A DNA stretch of 46,346 bases from Verrucomicrobiota bacterium (GTDB lineage: Bacteria; Verrucomicrobiota; Verrucomicrobiia; Opitutales; Seribacteraceae), in NCBI GenBank assembly GCA_027622665.1, contig JAQBYT010000034.1, positions 1-46,346 on the forward strand, read 5' to 3'. The notes beneath the pieces are model-generated. The model had not been told where the DNA came from. It did no database searches and saw only the letters and a program-made list of their open reading frames with translations. Positions 1-9,621 of this stretch are shown here, one piece after another (positions within the stretch are counted from its first letter, which is position 1; every line of letters begins with the position of its first letter). Both the position numbers and the translations under genes were made by a program.

Positions 1-48
1 AACTATTATCCTTGTTCCCCCTAGTCTTTTGCCAATGTTGATTCTGCT

Positions 49-831
49 ATGATTCGTCATCTTGCCACTCTTTCTCGCGTGATTTTATTCACAGTCCTTT
101 CTTCGGGACTGACCAATGCCGAGAACATCAAGCAACAAGTTCAGATCTCCGCTCGGTTTCACGATGGCGACGACGTTCTTTCCGCCCCGAGAGTCACTAC
201 TCTTTCAGGGCAAGAGGCGCCGATATCGATAGGGCAGGAAGTTTACGTTAATCAAAAAGGGATAAAAGAAGAGGTCTTTAGCGGGATTATTCTTTCAGTG
301 ACCCCGACGATTTCGGAAGGCAAGATTCTGCTCGAGGGCTATGCCTTTGCCGGCGAAGGTAAGCTTGAGGGCGAAGATGGAATCAAATCTCAAGCTAAGA
401 ACGCCTTGGCCGATCTCAAGAAGGGGTCCGGCGATGATCAAAGGCAGAAAAAACAGCCGTCCTTCGCTGACCAAGTCGAAATGCGTGGGATGTTTCGCTT
501 GAAGGGAAAACAGCCTCGGATTTCCTTGAAACTCAAGGACGGGGCTTCCTTTTGGATAGAGCTTGGGCAAACTCGTGGTGGGATCAAATTGGTTTACGTC
601 GACTTGAGCGATGCTGAATCGCATGCCATTCTGGAAAAGGATGGTCGTTTTGCTCGCATTGACCTGAACACGGAAAAAGTTTCCGATATCGATTCCCTTA
701 TTCCTTTGAAAGGTGGCGGAAGTGTATTTTCCAAGGAAGTCATCCCTGGGGAAAGTACGAACCTTTCTCTTGCAAAACCTAATGGAGAGAAGATTCTGGT
801 GGCATTATCGGTGGGAATTGTGGAACCCTGA
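49..831 (+). CDS. Secreted protein with a short secretin-like domain interrupted by a GspC/PilP-like segment
   Basis: Signal peptide-like N-terminus; QVQISARF...VLSAPRVTTLSGQEAPISIGQEV...GIILSVTPTI resembles the secretin C-domain motif; only 260 aa. Confidence 0.55.
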   Translation: MIRHLATLSRVILFTVLSSGLTNAENIKQQVQISARFHDGDDVLSAPRVTTLSGQEAPISIGQEVYVNQKGIKEEVFSGIILSVTPTISEGKILLEGYAFAGEGKLEGEDGIKSQAKNALADLKKGSGDDQRQKKQPSFADQVEMRGMFRLKGKQPRISLKLKDGASFWIELGQTRGGIKLVYVDLSDAESHAILEKDGRFARIDLNTEKVSDIDSLIPLKGGGSVFSKEVIPGESTNLSLAKPNGEKILVALSVGIVEP

Positions 832-956
832 CCTTCATCGAGTTTCTTATTTTTCTAAGAAAAAGAATTCGTGTGCGTCTGATATTAATATGATAAAACC
901 AAATTCCTGATTCGCACACGCCTTGTCTATTTTCCATCTCCTAATTGATTTGCACC

Positions 957-3900
957 ATGAAGAAAATCATACCAATCGCAGCATCCTCCCTGTTTCTTGC
1001 CTTTGCCGTCCTGCTCATCGGCCAAAAGGATTCCGACAAAAGCCTTGTTGACCAATGGGAGGAAGTGGAGGAGGCTACCAAGAAGGGTCTGCCGAAGACG
1101 GCCATAGAGAAGCTCGACCCCCTCATCGAGCGAGCCCTTAAGGAGAAAGCCCATGCCGTGGCCATTCGAGCCATTGCGCAGAAGATCAACTTGGAGGGAG
1201 CCATTCAGGGCAACAAGCCCGAGGAGAAAATCGCTCGCATGGAGACCGAGATGGTCAAGGCTCCCAAAGAGATCGTTCCCATGATGAATGGCGTTCTGGC
1301 CAATTGGTATTGGCAGTACTTTCAGCACAACCGCTGGCGCTTCACCCAGAGAACTCGAACCGCTGAGGCTCCCGGCGGAGACATCACCACTTGGGACTTG
1401 CCGCGCATCCTGTCGGAAATCGACAAGCAGTTTCAAAAGACCTTGGCCCATCACGAGGTCCTGAAAAAGGAAAAGATCGGAGACTACAATTTCCTCCTGC
1501 ACCAAGGATCCGTGCCCGACAGTTACCGCCCGACCCTCTATGATTTCGTGGTTCACGACGCTCTTCGCTTCTACTCCGCAGGTGAGCAGGCCGGTTCCAC
1601 CGCGCAGGATGCCTTCGTCCTATCCGCCGACAGTCCGATTTTCGCCTCGTCCAAGGATTTTCTGGCTTGGGAAATCGATTCGGACGACGACGAGTCGCCA
1701 AATATCAAGGCGATCCGATTGTTTCAAGACCTACTGAGGTTTCATCAAGAGGACGATAACCCCGACGCCTTGGTCGATGCGGACCTCCTTCGCCTGCAGT
1801 TTGGGAACAACAAAGCTTTCGGCGAAGAGAAGAACGCTCGTTACAAGGCCGCCCTCAAGCGTTTTGCCCAGAAATGGGCGGATCACGAAATGTCTGCCCG
1901 AGCCATGCATCGTAATGCCCAGGTCCTGCATGGGGAAGGAGAACTCGTGGAAGCCCACAAGCTAGCCAAGCGCGGAGCGGCAGTCTTTCCCGACAGTGTG
2001 GGAGGAAAGGAATGCAAGAACTTGGTGAATCAGATAGAATCAAAGTCGTCTGCCGTTACGAGCGAGCGCGTATGGAACGAGCCCTTGCCGAACGTCGAGT
2101 TGCGTTATCGCAACCTGACCAAGGCATATTTTCGAGTCGTTTCCTTTGATTGGGTAAAGCGGTTGAAGGACACCCAGCATCATCCCGAGTTCATTGATCG
2201 TCGTCGTAAGGCCGAATGGTTGCAGCGCAAACCCGTGAAGGAATGGTCAGTCGATCTGCCACCCACCGATGATTTCAAGCAGCGTGTTGAAAAGATTCCC
2301 GCTCCCAAAGGCCTCGAACCAGGTTCCTATTTTCTTTTCGCGAGTCATGATCCCAAGTTCGGTGACAAGGAAAACCGCGTGAGCTATTCGAGCTTCTGGG
2401 TGAGCGACCTTTCTCTGGTTATGCGTACGCGCCAAGGATCCGGGGCGATTGAAGGCTTTGTCTTGAATGCTATTTCGGGGGAACCTGTTCAAGGGGCATC
2501 CGTACGCGCTTGGAAGAGAGAGCGAAATAATCGCCGGGTAGAGCTCCAGTCTACCCGCTCCGACGCCAATGGGCTTTTCAGCCTGAAGACCAATCGAACC
2601 AGTCTCACGATTCTGGCTTCGCACCAAGGGCAATCCTTGGCCACGGCTAACGATTATTACGTAGACGACCGGGTGAATGATCCAAGTCCTTACGAGCGCT
2701 CCGTATTCTTTACCGACCGTAGCCTTTATCGTCCCGGTCAGACTATTCGGTACAAGGGAATTTCCTATCGAATCGACCAAGCGAACGACAATTACAAGGT
2801 AATCCCGAATCGTGACCTCACGGTCGTTTTTCGCGACCGTAACAACCAAGAAATATCTCGAGCTAAACATCGCACCAACGACTATGGTTCCTTCGATGGG
2901 AGCTTCACCGCCCCCCGAGATCGCCTCATGGGCATGATGCGCATACAAATCGAGGGACCGAATTCCCCCGGAGGTTCAGCCCATGTGAACGTCGAGGAGT
3001 ACAAGCGTCCCAAGTTTCAGGTGACCGTTGACGCCCCTTCCGAGCCCGCCGTTCTCCACGGCAAGGTGAAGGTCAGGGTCTCGGCCATGGCCTATACGGG
3101 AGCTGCCATAAACGACGCCCAAGTCAAGTATCGCGTAGTTCGTCAGGTGCGTTTTCCACCATGGCTGCGTTGGCATTACTGGTGGAGACCTTTCCCGTCC
3201 TCTCCTTCCCGGGAAATCTCTCATGGGACTGCTCGTACGGGAGCCGACGGTTCCTTCGATGTCGAGTTCACGGCCAAGCCCGATCCTTCCGTTTCCGAGA
3301 AGGACGAGCCGACTTTTCGCTACACCGTGCATGCAGACGTCGTCGACGGTACCGGAGAAACCCGCTCGGGCGACCGCAGCGTGAACGTCGGATTCGTAGC
3401 CTTGCAGGCTTCCCTTTCCGCCGAGGAGTGGCAGACGGAGGGCAAACCCGTCAAGGTTACGCTCAAGACCACCTCCCTCGATGGCGAGGGACGCATCGCA
3501 GAAGGTTCCCTGAATATTCATCGTCTCAAGGAGCCTGAAGGCGTTCAGCGAGCCAAGCTTGGCGGACAGCGTAACCATCATTTTCAGGGAGAAGACATGC
3601 GGGGGGACGTAAAGCCCGAGCCGGACCTTTCCAAAACCGATTCATGGGAGTTGGGCGAGGTAGTCGCTACCCAAGGTTTCACCACCGACGCCGAGGGCAA
3701 CAAGGAATTTTCCTTCAAACTGAAGGAGGGCGCCTATCGCGCTGTCCTTCAAACCGAGGATCGTTTCGGCAAGGAGGTCAAGGGGCTATTGCCCCTCCTC
3801 GTGGTGAATCCCGAATCGAAAAGATTCGCCATAAAGATTCCCAATCACGTCGCGGCTCCTACTTGGACGGTCGAGCCGGGCCAGTCGCTAGAGGCAATCT

Positions 3901-6900
3901 GGGGCTCGGGTTACAGAATCGGTCGCGCCTTCGTGGAGATCATCCATCGGCGAAAGTCTCTCCAGTCCTTCTGGACGAACGAAAGGGTGACGCAGGCAAA
4001 GATCGAGCAGGAGGTTACCGAGGCCATGCGCGGAGGGTTTACCGTACACGTCACTTATGTTCGCGAGAACCGGGCCTACTTGACGACACGGCAGGTCGAC
4101 GTCCCGTGGACGAACAAGAACCTCAGTGTAAAGTGGGAACGCTTTACCTCCAAGCTGGAGCCGGGCGTAAAGGAGACTTGGACAGCAGTGGTTACGGGTT
4201 CCGACGCCAAGAAGGCGGTGGCGGAGATGGTGGCCGCCCTATACGACGAGTCCCTCGACGCCTACAAGCCGCACAATTGGATGCAGGGTTTTTCCAACCT
4301 CTTCCGTAGGGATCGATCCAACCTCTCCTTTCGGTTCGAGAACACTTCGTTAAACTTCCGTCACTTGCATGGTAATTGGTCTAGTCATCGCGAATCCCGG
4401 AGCTGGTCCTACCGATCATGGCGACCCGATATGATCGGCGCATTGTGGGGGAACAGCTTAGGACGTGGTGCTATGATGATGAAGAGTGGAAGCAAAATCG
4501 CTTTTGCGGTAGGCTCAGGGGGTGGCGCAGAGCCTGAAATGGCGATGGCAGCTGCACCGATGGCCGAAAATATGGCAATGGCTGATCGCGCGGGTGGCGA
4601 GCCAGCTCTGTCCGGGGCGAGAGACAAAGCCGAGATACGCGTTTCTGGTGGAGGTGGCGAAGCCTCTGGAGCGTCCAAAGGCCCGGATCTTTCAAAAGTG
4701 ACTGCCCGCAAGAACCTCAATGAAACCGCCTTTTTCTTTCCCAAGCTGGTTTCAAGTCAAGAGGGGGAGGTCCGCTTGGAATTCACGATGCCCGAGGCCT
4801 TGACCAAGTGGAAGTTTCTTGGTTTCGCCCACGATAAGGAGATGCGTTCCGGGTTTCTGACCGACAGCATGGTCACTGCCAAGGACCTCATGGTACAGCC
4901 CAATCCGCCGAGATTCCTCCGCGAGGGCGACCTTCTCGAGTTTACCGTAAAGGTGACCAACCAAGCCCCGACGATCCAGACGGGGACCGTTCGCCTGACC
5001 TTCAATGATGCTCGTGCCAATAAGCGCGTGGACTCGCTTCTGGGCAACCTCAAGACGGATCTGGCCTTTGAGGTTCCCGCCAAGCAGTCCAAGACCTTTT
5101 CTTGGAAGATCAAGGTTCCCGATGACTTGGGATATCTGACCTACAAGACCATAGGAGCCACGCGCAAGATTTCCGACGGCGAGGAGGGTTACCTGCCGGT
5201 GTTGTCGCGCCGAATCTACGTTACTGAATCCATGCCTTTGCCCATTCGTGGGGCCAAGACGAAGACGTTCAATTTCGCCAAGTTGTTGGCCTCGGGGAAG
5301 TCCGATACCATCAAGCATAAGAATTTTACCGTCCAGATGGTTTCCAATCCCGCGTGGTATGCCGTAATGGCCTTGCCCTACTTGATGGAGTTCCCGCACG
5401 AGTGCTCGGAGCAGACATTCAATCGCTTGTATGCCAATTCGCTCGCTCGGGAGATCGCCAATTCCGATCCCAAGATTCGTCGAGTCTTCGATCAATGGAA
5501 GGGAACCAAGGCTTTGGATAGTCCCATGGAAAAGAACGAGGATCTGAAGTCCGTCGCCCTTATGGAGACGCCCTGGGTGCGGCAGGCAAAGAACGAGAGC
5601 GAGGCCCGAAGAAACGTGGGCATCCTTTTCGACGACAATCGTCTGAACGACGAGGAGCGCCGAGGCTTCAAAAAGCTTAAGGAGCTACAGTTGGGCAATG
5701 GCGCATGGCCTTGGTTTCCCGGTGGTCTGGCCAACGACTATATCACTCTATACATAACCACCGGGTTCGGGCGCTTGCGTCACCTTGGCGTGGACGTTGA
5801 TCCTTCGCTTGCGATCAAGTCTCTCAACCGCTTGGACATGTGGATAGAGGAGGGTTACCGCCACATTCTCAAGCACGGCAGAAGGGAGGACAACCACCTG
5901 TCCCCGACTATTGCCCTCTATCTCTATGGTCGCAGCTTCTTCCTCAAGGACCAACAGATCAACCCCAAGGCTCAGGAAGCGGTCGACTATTACCTCGGCC
6001 AAGCCAAGAAATACTGGCTAAAGATAGGTAATCGGCAATCGCAGGGACATTTGGCGCTTGCCCTCAAGCGCTTTGGGAAGGACCGAGAAACTCCCGTAGC
6101 CATCATGCGCTCCCTCAAGGAGAGATCCGTAAGCGACGAGGAAATGGGGATGTTCTGGCGTGACGTCGAGTTTTCCTGGTGGTGGTACCGGGCCCCAATC
6201 GAGTCGCAAGCAGTAATGATCGAGGCGTTCGACGAGGTCATGAACGACCAAGAGGCGGTCGAGGATTGCAAGGTCTGGATGCTCAAGCAAAAGCAAACGC
6301 AGGACTGGAAGACCACCAAGGCCACTGCCGATGCCGTCTATGCTCTCCTTCTCCGTGGCAGCGACTTGCTAGCTTCCGATGAGTTGGTCAAGGTTTCCCT
6401 CGCCGACATGCCCCCGATCAAACCCGAGAACGTCGAGGCCGGAACGGGCTTCTATGAGAAACGATTCGTCGGTGGCGAGATTAAGTCCGACTTCGGCAAG
6501 GTCACCGTTACCAAGGTGGACGAGGGCGTGGCTTGGGGAAGCGTGCATTGGCAGTACATGGAGGACATTTCCAAGATCACCCCCCACGAAGGTACTCCCT
6601 TGAAGATCAAGAAGGCGCTTTACCTCAAGGAGTACACCAAAAAGGGGCCGGAGATCGTTCCCGTTCGCGGAGCCGTCGAGGTGGGGGACGAGCTAGTCGT
6701 CCGGATCGAGCTCCGTACGGATCGTGACATGGAGTACGTCCACATGAAAGATCATCGCGGCAGCGGCACCGAACCCGTGAACGTCCTCTCCCGATACAAG
6801 TATCAGGATGGTCTCGGTTACTACGAGTCCACCCGCGACACGGCCTCCCACTTCTACTTGGATTACCTCCCCAAGGGCGTGTACGTATTCGAATACTCCG

Positions 6901-7010
6901 TCCGAGTACAGCATCGCGGCCAGTACCAGACCGGCATGACCAACGTGCAGTGCATGTACGCCCCCGAGTTCAACAGTCATTCGCAAAGCATAGGCTTGGT
7001 AGTCGAATAG
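957..7010 (+). CDS. Bacterial alpha-2-macroglobulin family protein (about 2017 aa)
   Basis: FTDRSLYRPGQ (MG2), VEEYKRPKF, RKNLNETAFFFP, thioester motif CSEQ at 5403-5414, C-terminal MYAPEF; ATG 957 followed by a signal/anchor helix. Confidence 0.95.
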   Translation: MKKIIPIAASSLFLAFAVLLIGQKDSDKSLVDQWEEVEEATKKGLPKTAIEKLDPLIERALKEKAHAVAIRAIAQKINLEGAIQGNKPEEKIARMETEMVKAPKEIVPMMNGVLANWYWQYFQHNRWRFTQRTRTAEAPGGDITTWDLPRILSEIDKQFQKTLAHHEVLKKEKIGDYNFLLHQGSVPDSYRPTLYDFVVHDALRFYSAGEQAGSTAQDAFVLSADSPIFASSKDFLAWEIDSDDDESPNIKAIRLFQDLLRFHQEDDNPDALVDADLLRLQFGNNKAFGEEKNARYKAALKRFAQKWADHEMSARAMHRNAQVLHGEGELVEAHKLAKRGAAVFPDSVGGKECKNLVNQIESKSSAVTSERVWNEPLPNVELRYRNLTKAYFRVVSFDWVKRLKDTQHHPEFIDRRRKAEWLQRKPVKEWSVDLPPTDDFKQRVEKIPAPKGLEPGSYFLFASHDPKFGDKENRVSYSSFWVSDLSLVMRTRQGSGAIEGFVLNAISGEPVQGASVRAWKRERNNRRVELQSTRSDANGLFSLKTNRTSLTILASHQGQSLATANDYYVDDRVNDPSPYERSVFFTDRSLYRPGQTIRYKGISYRIDQANDNYKVIPNRDLTVVFRDRNNQEISRAKHRTNDYGSFDGSFTAPRDRLMGMMRIQIEGPNSPGGSAHVNVEEYKRPKFQVTVDAPSEPAVLHGKVKVRVSAMAYTGAAINDAQVKYRVVRQVRFPPWLRWHYWWRPFPSSPSREISHGTARTGADGSFDVEFTAKPDPSVSEKDEPTFRYTVHADVVDGTGETRSGDRSVNVGFVALQASLSAEEWQTEGKPVKVTLKTTSLDGEGRIAEGSLNIHRLKEPEGVQRAKLGGQRNHHFQGEDMRGDVKPEPDLSKTDSWELGEVVATQGFTTDAEGNKEFSFKLKEGAYRAVLQTEDRFGKEVKGLLPLLVVNPESKRFAIKIPNHVAAPTWTVEPGQSLEAIWGSGYRIGRAFVEIIHRRKSLQSFWTNERVTQAKIEQEVTEAMRGGFTVHVTYVRENRAYLTTRQVDVPWTNKNLSVKWERFTSKLEPGVKETWTAVVTGSDAKKAVAEMVAALYDESLDAYKPHNWMQGFSNLFRRDRSNLSFRFENTSLNFRHLHGNWSSHRESRSWSYRSWRPDMIGALWGNSLGRGAMMMKSGSKIAFAVGSGGGAEPEMAMAAAPMAENMAMADRAGGEPALSGARDKAEIRVSGGGGEASGASKGPDLSKVTARKNLNETAFFFPKLVSSQEGEVRLEFTMPEALTKWKFLGFAHDKEMRSGFLTDSMVTAKDLMVQPNPPRFLREGDLLEFTVKVTNQAPTIQTGTVRLTFNDARANKRVDSLLGNLKTDLAFEVPAKQSKTFSWKIKVPDDLGYLTYKTIGATRKISDGEEGYLPVLSRRIYVTESMPLPIRGAKTKTFNFAKLLASGKSDTIKHKNFTVQMVSNPAWYAVMALPYLMEFPHECSEQTFNRLYANSLAREIANSDPKIRRVFDQWKGTKALDSPMEKNEDLKSVALMETPWVRQAKNESEARRNVGILFDDNRLNDEERRGFKKLKELQLGNGAWPWFPGGLANDYITLYITTGFGRLRHLGVDVDPSLAIKSLNRLDMWIEEGYRHILKHGRREDNHLSPTIALYLYGRSFFLKDQQINPKAQEAVDYYLGQAKKYWLKIGNRQSQGHLALALKRFGKDRETPVAIMRSLKERSVSDEEMGMFWRDVEFSWWWYRAPIESQAVMIEAFDEVMNDQEAVEDCKVWMLKQKQTQDWKTTKATADAVYALLLRGSDLLASDELVKVSLADMPPIKPENVEAGTGFYEKRFVGGEIKSDFGKVTVTKVDEGVAWGSVHWQYMEDISKITPHEGTPLKIKKALYLKEYTKKGPEIVPVRGAVEVGDELVVRIELRTDRDMEYVHMKDHRGSGTEPVNVLSRYKYQDGLGYYESTRDTASHFYLDYLPKGVYVFEYSVRVQHRGQYQTGMTNVQCMYAPEFNSHSQSIGLVVE

Positions 7011-7079
7011 CGGCAGTTCGGTTCGGAGGCTTGATGAATCTTGCTTCCAACCCCCAAACCGTCTAACCACGGGGCAATC

Positions 7080-7754
7080 ATGAATAGAAAATCCTTCTCT
7101 TCCACTTTTCTGGTGATTTGCGCCCTTGCTTCCTCATGGCTTGCCCATGCGGAAGCAAAGGAAGCTCCCAAACGCGTTGCTTGCGTGGGCGACAGCATAA
7201 CGTTCGGGGCGGCGATCAAGGATCGGGCCAAGAATTGCTACCCCGCCCAGCTTGGTCGCATGTTGGGAGAAAAGTTCGAAGTTAGGAATTTCGGGGTAAA
7301 CGGAGCCACCCTGCTGAAGAAGGGCGACAAGCCCTATTGGAAGCTCAAGGCGTACGCGAATGCTAGAGACTTCCAGCCCGAGGTCGTCGTCATCAAGCTC
7401 GGGACCAACGACTCGAAGCCGCACAACTGGAAGCATAAGGAAGAATACGTCGCCGATTACGTCGAATTGATCGAGAGCTTTCGCAAACTGGAGAGCAAGC
7501 CCACGGTTTGGGTGTGTTATCCCGTTCCGGCCTATCCCGGGCGTTGGGGTATAACCGACAAGGTTATGAAGGAAGAAGTCATGCCAAGGGTCGACGAGGT
7601 GGCCGAGAAGACCGGATGCAAGATCATCGATCTGTATGTGGCCCTGAGCGATAAGAAGGAAATGTTTCCCGACAGCGTCCATCCCAACGCAAAGGGGGCG
7701 ACCCTTATCGCCAAGGCAGTTTCCTCGGTTATCACCGGCGGCAAGTCCAAGTAG
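7080..7754 (+). CDS. SGNH/GDSL hydrolase (acetylesterase-like), secreted
   Basis: GDSIT block I, NFGVNG block II, GTND block III, DSVHP block V; signal peptide. Confidence 0.92.
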   Translation: MNRKSFSSTFLVICALASSWLAHAEAKEAPKRVACVGDSITFGAAIKDRAKNCYPAQLGRMLGEKFEVRNFGVNGATLLKKGDKPYWKLKAYANARDFQPEVVVIKLGTNDSKPHNWKHKEEYVADYVELIESFRKLESKPTVWVCYPVPAYPGRWGITDKVMKEEVMPRVDEVAEKTGCKIIDLYVALSDKKEMFPDSVHPNAKGATLIAKAVSSVITGGKSK

Positions 7755-7852
7755 GAGAACGTTCAGTCCCTCTTTCGGCTTGAACTTTTGGGTCGTGCTA
7801 CCTTCTTCTTTTTGCCATTTTGCGGATTCATTCCGACATACACGAATAGCTA

Positions 7853-8281
7853 ATGAAGATTGAAGAACTCACCGATTTTTCCACACAAGCCTTGGACGCT
7901 GTCAACGGGCTCTTGCCCCAGTTGTCGTCGTCTTCCGCAGCCTTGGACGAAAGCGACTTGAGGAACATCATGAATTCCGAGTCGACCAAACTGTTTCTCG
8001 CGTCCGACGAAGACGGGGTGTTCGGCATGCTGAGCCTCGTGCTCTTCCGTATTCCCACGGGGCGGAAAGCGTGGGTCGAGGACGTCGTCGTGGACGAAAA
8101 GGCGCGGGGTAGGGGAGTGGGCAAGTTGCTCACCGAACACGCCGTTCGCGTGGCGCGAGAGCACGGCGCCCATTCCGTCGACTTGACATCCAGACCTTCC
8201 CGCGCCGCGGCCAACGCCTTGTATCAAAGAGTAGGCTTTCAACAACGAGAGTCCAACGTCTACCGTTTCAACACCTCCTAG
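7853..8281 (+). CDS. GNAT family N-acetyltransferase
   Basis: VEDVVVDEKARGRGVG acetyl-CoA motif A; ANALYQRVGF motif B. Confidence 0.92.
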   Translation: MKIEELTDFSTQALDAVNGLLPQLSSSSAALDESDLRNIMNSESTKLFLASDEDGVFGMLSLVLFRIPTGRKAWVEDVVVDEKARGRGVGKLLTEHAVRVAREHGAHSVDLTSRPSRAAANALYQRVGFQQRESNVYRFNTS

Positions 8282-8308
8282 CGGTTGTTTCCTGATCCAT
8301 ATCTGCGT

Positions 8309-8670
8309 TTGTCATTGCGAGGAGCGCAGCGACGCGGCAATCCAGCGTTCGCGTAGGGGGGCAACCCGCACCACGCCCCGGCATCCCACACCACGTCCCC
8401 GACTGGATTGCCACGCCACGTTGTGGCTCGCAATGACAGGAAGTGTAAGCAATTGCCACGCCTTAACGGACTCGCAATGACAGCACAGGGGATACGTCCG
8501 AAAACCGTGACGCGCAACATCCCGCCCATTCCCGTCCCCCCGTTGTCATTGCGAGGAGCGCCGCGACGCGGCAATCCAGCCGAACCACACGGCAACCCCC
8601 GCATCGCCCCGGCCTCCCACGTAACGCATCAGACTGGATTGCCATGCCCTAAACGGGCTTTGCCATGACA
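8309..8670. repeat. Cluster of intergenic palindromic elements (GTCATTGCGAG...GCAATCCAG / CTGGATTGC...CTCGCAATGAC)
   Basis: Left arms at 8311-8345 and 8545-8579 are nearly identical; inverted right arms at about 8403-8437 and 8634-8669 (degenerate); extra half arm at 8452-8481. Confidence 0.85.
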
Positions 8671-8691
8671 GCGCAGAGTGACAGATCTCGT

Positions 8692-9461
8692 TCAGCTAAA
8701 GGCTTTTGATATTAATAGGCCGAAGAAGAAAATTCAAAAGATGGCGACGCCAATTAAAATACAGAAGCCGAAAATAAGTTTGGGTGTCCGTCTTTCTTGG
8801 GCAGGGAAGGCCCATCCCTTTTCCTTGAAGTATTGAAGTACTTCCATTTTTCGATCGATTGCATATTCGCCTCGCAAGTGCTTGAGTTCTTCCAAAAACT
8901 CCTCTCCCTTTGCCCGTTCTACGGGGTCTAACTTGGCTAAGGGGCGAAGTGTTCTGGGAGCGTTGCCCCGAAATTTCCTTATCAGTGCCTTGCGTTCGGT
9001 TTCCGAAGGAGCGTCCCGCAGAGCCTCGATCCACTCGATGGCCAACTGCCTGGATACCTGACGACCGTTGTGCAGGCATTCGCGCCCTAGCGGACCATGT
9101 GGGGTCTGACTGGAAATCGCCTTGGACCGACCGAGTCGGATCGTTCCCATTCGATGGTTTCGTTTCCGGTCCATACCTCGCCGAGGTTGTCCCATGGAAT
9201 GGTTTTTCGTCGGAGCGTTCCTCCGCTTATGGCTCGACCGGTCAATACTATGCGAGCGCCTTTGGAGGTGTCGACCAATCCCCCTAGGATGAAAACTACC
9301 GTAAAAACCCCAAAGAACATCGTGTGTCTCAGGGCATTATCGGGGAAAGCAAGGACCATCAAGAATCCCAAGACGACGAAAAGCGCGGAAACTCCCATCG
9401 ACCATATCTTCTTTTGTTTGCCGGCTTTCAGTACGATGGATTCTCTCGAGGGAGCTTTCAT
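8692..9461 (-). pseudogene. Probably disrupted membrane protein (two TM helices, PH-like segment, C-terminal TM)
   Basis: Frame from ATG 9461 stops at TAG 9087-9089; protein-like sequence continues in another frame (QLAIEWIEALRDAP...); TGA at 8734-8736 splits a hydrophobic helix IGVAIF*IFFFGLLISKAFS. Confidence 0.5.
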
Positions 9462-9521
9462 CGTTCCATGATTACCGGCAGGGCCGAAGAAAACCATTAC
9501 GAAATCGAGGCTTTTTTAGAA

Positions 9522-9551
9522 TGGATAAATCACCCTCCTTTTTGCTATCCT
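9522..9551 (+). promoter_or_regulatory. Putative sigma70 promoter with extended -10
   Basis: TGGATA-18 nt-TATCCT with TG two bases upstream of the -10, about 70 nt before ATG 9622. Confidence 0.3.
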
Positions 9552-9621
9552 CTTGTATTTCCCCTTGCTCTTTCCTGTTCCCCTGCAAGTCTTGCTCTTT
9601 CACCTCCAACCCAATCGCATC

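Noticed and set aside
927..7070. Many antisense and alternate-frame ORFs within A2M-1 (also within A2M-2, pbpC and ispG)
   Set aside because: Expected shadows of long GC-rich coding sequences
8309..8670. Possible CRISPR array or short ORFs in the repeat cluster
   Set aside because: Arms alternate in orientation, spacers are related to each other and no cas genes are present; the ORFs are translations of the palindromes
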